Positions 26,310 to 33,641 of a stretch of 35,068 bases of DNA are shown one piece after another. A program made the position numbers and the translations under genes. The notes below the pieces were generated by a model. That model ran no database searches, was not told the origin of the DNA, and was given only the letters and a program-made list of their open reading frames with translations. Source of the DNA: Rickettsiaceae bacterium (GTDB lineage: Bacteria; Pseudomonadota; Alphaproteobacteria; Rickettsiales; Rickettsiaceae); NCBI GenBank assembly GCA_043766875.1, contig JAYUHP010000065.1:1-35068 (forward strand), read 5' to 3'. Every line of letters begins with the position of its first letter. Positions within the stretch are counted from its first letter, which is position 1.

Positions 26310-27332
26310 CTAAGCAGTATGCTCAGCAGCAACTCCAGTTAATACAAGATCCTCTACAGTAGGTCCATTATGAGTGGTCTCCATAGTAACTACATCTTCT
26401 GGTTCAAGAAGTGTAGCAATATATTGAAAATCTCGCGAGTATCTACTTTTAGCGCGGTCAGGTATACTATCGTCTTCTGCTATAGATTGTTTTGCTCTTT
26501 CAAAAAATGTTGAGTCAAAATTTGCTTGTAGAAATTCTTTTTCTAAAGGATTATCAGTAAAATAGGAAAGTAAATTAATTACTCTATGAGGTGTAGGAGA
26601 ATATTTTACAAGATCTATTATATCTTTTTTATATACTTCAAAAGCTTCTTTAAGCATAGGATGACTATACCTCACGATTTTTTCAAACTCTATGTTCTTC
26701 CCTTGATATTCAGGCTTAGTTAGGCATAATGAGTAAAACTTCTGTACCAATTTTCTTACATGTTCTTCAGTATAACCATCACTTGTACTATTTAACCCAA
26801 TATTACAAAAAACTCCTCCACTTACTACCTTATCTATCCTAGCACCAACTTTAATCACACAAGATAATGAAGGGTAATTAAAAAGGGAATCAACATGAAT
26901 AAAAATACCTTTAAATGGCAAAGGAGAAGGAACTTCTACTATCTCTGGATTGCTCTCGTCTCCTGATGCCACATTCGTATATTTTCCTATTGCTGGTAAA
27001 AATAAGTGACTTGTTAGAGCCTGAGTCACTTTAGTGCCCATACCACTATTTTTAGAGTTGTGCAAAAGATAAATAGAAAATTCCCCCACTGTTTGTTCAA
27101 GTGACCGAGGTTTTAACTCAACTTGTCCTACAAAACCTCCTTCTTGATCTAAAATTAAATAATCTGCAAATATAGATGTTCTAGCGAATCTAAAATCTGC
27201 TTCATTTTTCAAATTTATTCCGCCTGCATCAATAAAGCCTCTCCACTCTTCGAGCGAAGAGGGCTTTCTAATAGTAAAATATTCTGTTTCAATTTTTTCT
27301 GGTGGTATAAATATTTCTTTAGCTAAGCTCAT
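26310..27332 (-). CDS. GNAT-like N-acetyltransferase domain fused to an unknown C-terminal helical domain (340 aa)
   Basis: RimJ/L-like pattern GFVGQVELKP...GEFSIYLLHNSKNSGMGTKVTQALTSHLF. KNSGMG fits the acetyl-CoA motif (Q/R)xxGxG/A. I recognise no family in residues ~190-340. There is no signal peptide. Confidence 0.55.
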   Translation of the reverse strand: MSLAKEIFIPPEKIETEYFTIRKPSSLEEWRGFIDAGGINLKNEADFRFARTSIFADYLILDQEGGFVGQVELKPRSLEQTVGEFSIYLLHNSKNSGMGTKVTQALTSHLFLPAIGKYTNVASGDESNPEIVEVPSPLPFKGIFIHVDSLFNYPSLSCVIKVGARIDKVVSGGVFCNIGLNSTSDGYTEEHVRKLVQKFYSLCLTKPEYQGKNIEFEKIVRYSHPMLKEAFEVYKKDIIDLVKYSPTPHRVINLLSYFTDNPLEKEFLQANFDSTFFERAKQSIAEDDSIPDRAKSRYSRDFQYIATLLEPEDVVTMETTHNGPTVEDLVLTGVAAEHTA

Positions 27333-27365
27333 CTTCTGAATTATTATTCAATTAATAATAAATAT

Positions 27366-27394
27366 ATATTAACATTTATTATGTTATTTGTCAA
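27366..27394 (-). promoter_or_regulatory. Candidate sigma70-type promoter for the GNAT-fusion gene
   Basis: On the minus strand: consensus TTGACA (27394-27389), a 17-nt spacer, then TAATAT (27371-27366), about 35 nt upstream of the ATG at 27332. Confidence 0.45.
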
Positions 27395-27470
27395 TATTTA
27401 TTATATCCTAATTAACAATTCGTCGTGAGCTCAACCGATATGCGACAGAACCATTACTAGTGCATACCAG

Positions 27471-27950
27471 CTATTGGACCAAATCTTCTGCTTGCAATAA
27501 TTCGCCCAGCGCTTGAGCAGCCTCTCCCTGAGTTTCATGAAAAGAGTTAAATAAATCAAATGATGTAGTTCCATCAGTCATTATAGAGTTAACATCAGCT
27601 CCTTCTAATATTAGCTCTGCTGCTAATTTGTTACATCCATATTTAATTGCTAGATGTAGCTCAGTCGGTGCTTTGTCAATAAACTCTAGATGCTCCATTA
27701 ACATCGGCCCAGTATGTATTCCTAGAGACCCAATATCTATGCCAGAAATATCTGCCCCATATCCAAGTAAGACTTTTATCACGTCTTTGTCTACATTGCC
27801 TATAGCATCCTCAATAACAGTACTACCTTGGGCCCCTCCATATCTCTTATTAATATCATAAGTTCTAGAATTATCTTGATTTCTTAGGCTTAACAGTAAT
27901 TGTATCTGCTCAATATTATGCTGATTTACAGCATTACGTAATTTATACAT
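27471..27950 (-). CDS. Ankyrin repeat protein (159 aa)
   Basis: ANK repeats (VIEDAIGNVDKDVIKVLLGYGADISG; TELHLAIKYGCNKLAAELILEGADVNS; TTSFDL). Strong SD (AGGAGA) 6-7 nt before the ATG. Confidence 0.75.
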   Translation of the reverse strand: MYKLRNAVNQHNIEQIQLLLSLRNQDNSRTYDINKRYGGAQGSTVIEDAIGNVDKDVIKVLLGYGADISGIDIGSLGIHTGPMLMEHLEFIDKAPTELHLAIKYGCNKLAAELILEGADVNSIMTDGTTSFDLFNSFHETQGEAAQALGELLQAEDLVQ

Positions 27951-28003
27951 ATTTCTCTCCTATTATTGTTTTTATTAATACCAGCTTCATTGCCGATAAA
28001 AAC

Positions 28004-28033
28004 ATACTACTACTTAACTGACTGATCAGTCAA
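28004..28033 (-). promoter_or_regulatory. Candidate promoter of the 159-aa ankyrin gene, overlapped by a palindromic operator
   Basis: On the minus strand: TTGACT (28033-28028), an 18-nt spacer, then TAGTAT (28009-28004). The -35 element lies inside the palindrome at 28019-28032. Confidence 0.4.
28019..28032. promoter_or_regulatory. Perfect 14-bp palindrome TGACTGATCAGTCA, candidate TetR operator
   Basis: Read directly from the sequence, in the 202-bp divergent intergenic region between the ankyrin gene and tetR. The flanks, TTAAC...AGTAA, partly extend the symmetry. Confidence 0.45.
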
Positions 28034-28081
28034 GTAAAAAGTATATTTTTTTAGTTTTGTGTAATTTGGTAGGGGTTTTTA

Positions 28082-28111
28082 TTGACTTTCTCAATGATTA
28101 ATTGCTATACT
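28082..28111 (+). promoter_or_regulatory. Candidate sigma70-type promoter for the TetR-family gene
   Basis: TTGACT (28082-28087), an 18-nt spacer, then TATACT (28106-28111), 41 nt upstream of the ATG at 28153. Confidence 0.45.
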
Positions 28112-28116
28112 ATCGA

Positions 28117-28132
28117 TTAACCAATCAGTTAA
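28117..28132. promoter_or_regulatory. Second, weaker inverted repeat TTAACCAATCAGTTAA (candidate operator at the tetR transcription start)
   Basis: 5-bp arms TTAAC/GTTAA around CAATCA. It shares TTAAC and ATCAGT with the 28019-28032 site region and lies immediately downstream of the predicted -10. Confidence 0.3.
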
Positions 28133-28152
28133 TTCATATAGTAAGTTGATTT

Positions 28153-28731
28153 ATGAGCAAAGAATTATCCACAAAGGAAAAAATTATTAAAGCAGCAAAA
28201 AAATTATTCCTACAGCATGGCTTTGCCGGTGTATCTATGGGTCAGATAAGGGATTTAGCAGGAGTAACTCATAGTTTATTATTCTATCATTTTAAAAACA
28301 AAGAAAATCTATGGGTAGAAGTAAAGCAATCCATCATTGATAATAATAAAAATATAGCAATTAAATTGCCAAGTGGTGATTTAAAATTTAGAGATTTTTT
28401 ACATGAAGTATTGAAGGGATCTATTGATTTTTACCGTAGCAATTCAGATTTCGTACGCATGATCAATTGGCAAAGACTAGAATCCCAAGAAAATCCTATT
28501 GTCGGGATTGGATCAACTGAAATAGCAAAAGAATTTATTAATCTTTTACATAATTATCAAAAGAAGAATGAGATAAGAGGGGAGATAAAACTTGAATATC
28601 TAGTTACCATGATCAATTCTATTACTAACTCAGTCGTGCTGGACAATTACACTTTCATATCTGATCAACATTCCCTCAAAGAATATATAGATTTCTGCTG
28701 CGACTCTATTGTGAGAATGGTCTCCAATTAA
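28153..28731 (+). CDS. TetR/AcrR family transcriptional regulator
   Basis: 192-aa ORF with an N-terminal HTH (KEKIIKAAKKLFLQHGFAGVSMGQIRDLAGVTHSLLFYHFKNKENLW) and a helical ligand-binding C-terminal domain. Confidence 0.85.
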   Translation: MSKELSTKEKIIKAAKKLFLQHGFAGVSMGQIRDLAGVTHSLLFYHFKNKENLWVEVKQSIIDNNKNIAIKLPSGDLKFRDFLHEVLKGSIDFYRSNSDFVRMINWQRLESQENPIVGIGSTEIAKEFINLLHNYQKKNEIRGEIKLEYLVTMINSITNSVVLDNYTFISDQHSLKEYIDFCCDSIVRMVSN

Positions 28732-28776
28732 ATGAAATCTAGAAATAATTCAGATGTAAGTCGATATCTTGTATAT

Positions 28777-29436
28777 CTACCCAATCCTACAAACCCTATC
28801 TACCATAGAAGCAATATTCTGATTATGTGTGACGAGTATAATGGCAGTGCCTGATTTTTTGGCAGTAGATATGAGGAGCTCAAGCACGGTTTGGGCCGAA
28901 TGAGGATCAAGATTTCCGGTGGGCTCATCAGCTAGAATGATTTTGGGATGATTAATCATGGACCTAGCTATTGCGACTCTTTGCTGCTGCCCGCCAGATA
29001 ATTCTCCCGGAAAGTTGAATGTACGATTTTGCAAATCTAGCATTGCAAGCAAATGGTCTGCATCTTCCAAAGCCTTATCATAATCTTTGCCAGCTATAAG
29101 CATGGGCATAGCCACATTCTCCCTGGCAGAAAAATCCTTGAGCAGATGGTGATATTGGTAAACAAAACCTAAATAATTCAACCTCATATTGGTTTTTACC
29201 CTATCATCACCCGTGACCAATTTTCCATCTATTATAACTTCGCCAGAATCTGCTTTGTCGAGGAGTCCTGCAATATGGAGCAAAGTAGACTTGCCACTGC
29301 CAGAAGCCCCGACTATGGCTATTACTTCCCCAGGATATAATGTGAGGGAGAAATTTTTTAGTACTTCGACCATATTGCTACCCTGCTTGTAATCTTTGCA
29401 GATATCGCGTAGTTCCAGGATGGGTGACTTACTCAT
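28777..29436 (-). CDS. lolD: Lipoprotein-releasing ABC transporter ATP-binding protein LolD
   Basis: Walker A GASGSGKST, signature LSGGQQQRVAIAR and Walker B ILADEPTGNLD. I prefer the start at Met9 (ATG 29436, MSKSPILEL), which overlaps the lolC stop by 8 nt. Confidence 0.85.
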   Translation of the reverse strand: MSKSPILELRDICKDYKQGSNMVEVLKNFSLTLYPGEVIAIVGASGSGKSTLLHIAGLLDKADSGEVIIDGKLVTGDDRVKTNMRLNYLGFVYQYHHLLKDFSARENVAMPMLIAGKDYDKALEDADHLLAMLDLQNRTFNFPGELSGGQQQRVAIARSMINHPKIILADEPTGNLDPHSAQTVLELLISTAKKSGTAIILVTHNQNIASMVDRVCRIG

Positions 29437-30670
29437 AACGCATAGCCTCCACTGGATCAATTTTTGCAGCTCTATAGGATGGGTAAATACTGGCTAGGAA
29501 ACAGAGAAGCAAGGAGATAGAGCTAATTATCACCACATCCAGCACCTCAATTTTGGCAGGCAGATGATACAGCAAATATAGAGCTGCCTCAAAGATCTGC
29601 ACTCCGGTTAAGGTTTCTAAAAATCCTTTGATAGAGTCAATGTTATATGCAAATCCAGCCCCCAGCACAACCCCGATGAATGTGCCTATAAAACCTATCA
29701 TCATTCCATTCATAACAAATATAGCCATAATATCTCTTTTAGAGGCCCCCATGGTTCTGAGAATTGCTATGTCGTGTGTTTTATCCTTTACGAGCATAAA
29801 AAGACTGGAGATGATATTAAAAGCTGCAACAAGCACTATCAGGCTTAGTATAGTCATCATTGCTATGCGTTCGATCTTCAAAGCGTTAAAAATCTGTGAA
29901 AATTGTGTCTGCCAGTTGGATACGCGCAAATCCTCATCTAGCTCTTGAGATATAATTTTTGACAGCTCGATAGCATTATCTGAGTCATTAGTTGAAACTT
30001 CTATAATATTTACATTATGTAGTGATAGGAAAGCCAAAGCGCTTTCAATAGGCATAAGTACTGTTCCTATATCGAAATCATACACTCCGCTAGAAAATAC
30101 AGCTGCTACGCGAAAGTCTTTCGTTCTGGGCAAAGATCCAAAAGCGGTTGAAATCATTTGAGCTGAGACAAGCTTTACATAGTCTCCAACACCTACCCCA
30201 AGATTCGCAGCTAGCTCTGCTCCTATAACAATATTTCCTTTATCATTAAACTCAACGAGCCTGCCGAAGGAAACATTCTGAGAAATCTGCGGCCTACTAA
30301 TGACGTCTGCTAAATTCATACCCTTTATGACAACTCCAAGAGAAGCTCTAGGACCTATGGCAAGACCGTGACCAACGACCGTAGGGATAACATTTTTTAC
30401 AAATTTAAACTTTGATAATGTACCTATTACTTCTGTGGGGTCGGCTATAGATTTATTGACGGATGTAATCGTTATGTCGCTGTTTAGTCCGACTATATTT
30501 TTCGAAAGCTCAATTCTAAAGCCGTTCATTACAGCCATAACGACTATGAGAGCAGCCACTCCAATTGCAACGCCGAGCAGAGAGAATTTTGCTATAAAAG
30601 ACACCAACCGCTCATTTTTCTTAGCTATGAAATAACGTATGGCAACTTTTATGGCAAATTTATAGGACAT
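29429..30670 (-). CDS. lolC: Lipoprotein-releasing system permease LolC/LolE
   Basis: FtsX-family topology: TM1 ([19 protein letters not shown]), a large periplasmic loop and three C-terminal TMs, with [15 protein letters not shown] prefer the start [14 protein letters not shown] (ATG 30670). Confidence 0.8.
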   Translation of the reverse strand: MSYKFAIKVAIRYFIAKKNERLVSFIAKFSLLGVAIGVAALIVVMAVMNGFRIELSKNIVGLNSDITITSVNKSIADPTEVIGTLSKFKFVKNVIPTVVGHGLAIGPRASLGVVIKGMNLADVISRPQISQNVSFGRLVEFNDKGNIVIGAELAANLGVGVGDYVKLVSAQMISTAFGSLPRTKDFRVAAVFSSGVYDFDIGTVLMPIESALAFLSLHNVNIIEVSTNDSDNAIELSKIISQELDEDLRVSNWQTQFSQIFNALKIERIAMMTILSLIVLVAAFNIISSLFMLVKDKTHDIAILRTMGASKRDIMAIFVMNGMMIGFIGTFIGVVLGAGFAYNIDSIKGFLETLTGVQIFEAALYLLYHLPAKIEVLDVVIISSISLLLCFLASIYPSYRAAKIDPVEAMRYE

Positions 30671-31961
30671 TAAATTGTCCCAAAATCTTAGCAACAGCTA
30701 TATCTAAAGGCAGATCCTCGGTTTCTCCTGTCTTTCTGTGCTTCAGTTCGACTAACCCGATGGTTGCCTTTTTAACCCCTATAATAATCTGCCATGGAAT
30801 ACCTATCAAATCATGAGTAGCAAATTTTTGACCAGCCCTATTGTCAGTGTCGTCATATAAAGCATCTATATTTTTCTCACAAAACATACCGTAGGCCCTT
30901 TCCGCTATGGACCTACATTCCATATTGTCATGGCCTAAATTGATGATTGAGACCTTGAATGGAGCAACGCTTTCTGGCCATATGATACCATGCTCATCAT
31001 GGCTGGCCTCTATTATGCCAGCTACTACGCGTGAAACTCCTATGCCATAAGAGCCCATCTCTACCGGTACCCGCTCGCCTTTTTGGTTGTTAACATAGGC
31101 ATTCAGAGCTTTAGAATATTTATTGCCAAAATAGAAAATATGTCCAACTTCTATCCCTCTTCTGGAAACAAGACTTTCCTGGGGAATAGGACAATCTTCA
31201 GGAATATGTTTTTCATCTGCTGCTGCATATAATGATTGCATTAAGTGCAAGTTAACAGAGGTATCTTCTGCTATTACATCGAATCTTTTGTCGTAATATA
31301 TCGCGCTTTCCCCTGTATCCGCCAGTATATGAAATTCATGGCTTAAATTGCCGCCAATAGCACCACTATCAGCTTGCACCGGTATGACAGAAACGCCCAA
31401 ATCACGGAATGTTTTGATATAGGTCATATAGATTTTATTATAAGACAGGACAGCGCTTTCTTTATCAATATCGAATGAATATCCATCTTTCATCAAGAAT
31501 TCACGCCCTCTCATCACGCCGAATCTTGGTCTGATTTCATCTCTGAATTTCCACTGGATTTGGTACAGGTTTTTTGGCAGCTCCTTGTAAGATTGTATAG
31601 TTTCACGAAAGACGGCAGTGACTACTTCCTCATTGGTTGGGCCGAATAATAGCTTATTATCATTTCTATCAATTATGCGGAGCATTTCGCTGCCATAATC
31701 ATCATATCTACCGGATTCCACCCATAATTCAGCCGGTTGGATACATGGCATCAGCATTTCTATACACCCAGCAGCATCCATGTTCTTTCGTACAATAGAC
31801 TTAACATTTTCCAGAACCTTTAGTCCAAGCGGCAGCCATATATAAATCCCTGAGGATTGTTGCCTTATCATCCCAGCTCGAAGCATCAGAGAATGGGATG
31901 TAACTTGTGCCTCAGCAGGTTTTTCCTTTAGTACCGGTATAAAATATTCAGATAGTCTCAT
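30660..31961 (-). CDS. proS: Prolyl-tRNA synthetase (short alphaproteobacterial type)
   Basis: 433-aa class II aaRS with [34 protein letters not shown], motif 2 [25 protein letters not shown] and motif 3 GSYGIGVSR. Confidence 0.9.
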   Translation of the reverse strand: MRLSEYFIPVLKEKPAEAQVTSHSLMLRAGMIRQQSSGIYIWLPLGLKVLENVKSIVRKNMDAAGCIEMLMPCIQPAELWVESGRYDDYGSEMLRIIDRNDNKLLFGPTNEEVVTAVFRETIQSYKELPKNLYQIQWKFRDEIRPRFGVMRGREFLMKDGYSFDIDKESAVLSYNKIYMTYIKTFRDLGVSVIPVQADSGAIGGNLSHEFHILADTGESAIYYDKRFDVIAEDTSVNLHLMQSLYAAADEKHIPEDCPIPQESLVSRRGIEVGHIFYFGNKYSKALNAYVNNQKGERVPVEMGSYGIGVSRVVAGIIEASHDEHGIIWPESVAPFKVSIINLGHDNMECRSIAERAYGMFCEKNIDALYDDTDNRAGQKFATHDLIGIPWQIIIGVKKATIGLVELKHRKTGETEDLPLDIAVAKILGQFNVL

Positions 31962-31977
31962 TTAGCTTATTCCTTAT

Positions 31978-33198
31978 CTATTGGGTCTTGAAGACTTTTC
32001 TAGCACAAATTACTACAAACATCAATCCACCAATTATAGCTATCATGCCACCGAGCCCCATCATTCCCATACTAATTTTGGCTTTAAGCGATAGTATCGT
32101 TGTTGGATCCTTTCTCAGCACGCCATATCCCCCGGACCATGCCAATCCTGCTATATGCAATAATTGGCCAAATGTATATGATATCATCTGGATTTCAGCA
32201 TATACATCAATTTTTTCATCCAGGGAATAATATACGAGGCACATAACAGCCAGGCTAATTCCAACTATGGAACCATGATAATGAGCTGGTATAGTAACAT
32301 TTACCTCAGATATAAAAAGCGCTATAACACCCCCAGCAACAAATAGAGCAATGGAACATATAACCCCTACTTTCCATTTACTGGAAGAATATGATAGCTC
32401 TGCTATTACTGAGGTGAGTATTAGGAGCCCAGCTATGCCACCAGCATATTTCATATGATCTGTACAAAATGTAATAAATTCTGACGTATCTATATTATAC
32501 ATAAAATGCACAGGAATTAGCGTTGTGCTTAATATCAAATTAGACCATACAGCAGTTTTATACAGCCTTGGAAAAGATATAGTTGGCCCTAAAATTGTTA
32601 TCAAAGAGACATACATTGTGTGCATATATAAAAACTGTAGAGCATGTCCTCCGCTCCAAAATAGCATTTCGTAAAAGCCGTATAAATCCATAGGGTATGG
32701 AATTTCAATCATAATTTTTCTGTATGAAGCTACAAGGCAAATGGCACTTACTATGAATATTCCACTTCCAGGATTTTTCAATAAAATAAGGCTCATGACC
32801 AATACCGATGCTACAAAAATACTTACTCCAAGTACAAACCAAAAATTATCTAGCATCGGGATATAATTGTTAAGTATTGGTGAGCTTTCAGATAGGAATG
32901 GAGATACAACAATTATTAGGACACCTATGAAGGCGGTACGAGAGATAGTATCGACCGTGGGATGAAGGCGTAAATTCGAGCTTCGGAGCCAGATCATTAC
33001 AGAGCCAGCAAGTAGCCATACTAGTATCGAAAGATCGACATGTACTACCAAGGCTGTCTTGAAAAAATCTTTATTAGCAAAAAAATCTGAAACCAGAGGT
33101 GCTCTGAGCATAACCAGCACTATTGAATACAGACCTGCTATAGCAAGAGCAAATACGCCAGTTTTACACCAGCTATATGATAAATCTAGTTTGTTCAT
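31978..33198 (-). CDS. 12-TM integral membrane protein with heme-copper-oxidase subunit I-like histidine motifs (function unknown)
   Basis: 406-aa ORF with about 12 hydrophobic segments. LFWSGGHALQF resembles LFWFFGHPEVY (helix VI), PAHYHGS resembles AHFHY (helix X), VHFMYNIDT resembles HHMF..DVDT (helix VII), and there is an early VVHVD. It has a 4-nt overlap with the tsaE stop. Confidence 0.4.
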   Translation of the reverse strand: MNKLDLSYSWCKTGVFALAIAGLYSIVLVMLRAPLVSDFFANKDFFKTALVVHVDLSILVWLLAGSVMIWLRSSNLRLHPTVDTISRTAFIGVLIIVVSPFLSESSPILNNYIPMLDNFWFVLGVSIFVASVLVMSLILLKNPGSGIFIVSAICLVASYRKIMIEIPYPMDLYGFYEMLFWSGGHALQFLYMHTMYVSLITILGPTISFPRLYKTAVWSNLILSTTLIPVHFMYNIDTSEFITFCTDHMKYAGGIAGLLILTSVIAELSYSSSKWKVGVICSIALFVAGGVIALFISEVNVTIPAHYHGSIVGISLAVMCLVYYSLDEKIDVYAEIQMISYTFGQLLHIAGLAWSGGYGVLRKDPTTILSLKAKISMGMMGLGGMIAIIGGLMFVVICARKVFKTQ

Positions 33199-33632
33199 AG
33201 TTTGAGTTTCCCTGTATAGTCACTGACTATGCATTTTCTTTTATCATTTTCTACAATAATTTCCATTTCTATTCTATTCTTGGGGAGTAAATTTACAGCT
33301 ATCTCAGGCCATTCTATAATTGAGATATTATTTCCATTAAATGCCTCATCTATACCTAGTTCGTATATTTCCTCTAGGCGTTTTAATCTGTATAAGTCAA
33401 AATGATATACATCGTAACTTCCAGCCTTATATATCTGAAGTAACTGAAAAGTCGGGCTAGTGACTATTTGCTCACTATGGGTGAGAGTTTCGATGATATG
33501 CTTAGATATGAAAGTCTTTCCAGCTCCAAGCTCTCCCTTCATAGTAACTACATCTCCAGGAGTTAGCTGCCTGGCTATTAGCTTAGCGAGGTTAATCGTT
33601 TGGTCTAATAATGTTATATCTTGATACAGCAT
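33195..33632 (-). CDS. tsaE: tRNA t6A37 biosynthesis ATPase TsaE (YjeE)
   Basis: 145-aa ORF with P-loop GELGAGKTFISK, SPTFQLLQIY and YHFDLYRL motifs. Confidence 0.85.
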   Translation of the reverse strand: MLYQDITLLDQTINLAKLIARQLTPGDVVTMKGELGAGKTFISKHIIETLTHSEQIVTSPTFQLLQIYKAGSYDVYHFDLYRLKRLEEIYELGIDEAFNGNNISIIEWPEIAVNLLPKNRIEMEIIVENDKRKCIVSDYTGKLKL

Positions 33633-33641
33633 GGGTAAATG

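Noticed and set aside
1095-28776. Search for intrinsic terminators at the convergent gene junctions (1095-1109, 9316-9328, 13852-13857, 24626-24639, 28732-28776).
   Set aside because: None has a GC-rich stem plus U-tract, and two junctions actually overlap. I therefore annotated no terminators. This may reflect Rho-dependent termination or simple genome compaction.
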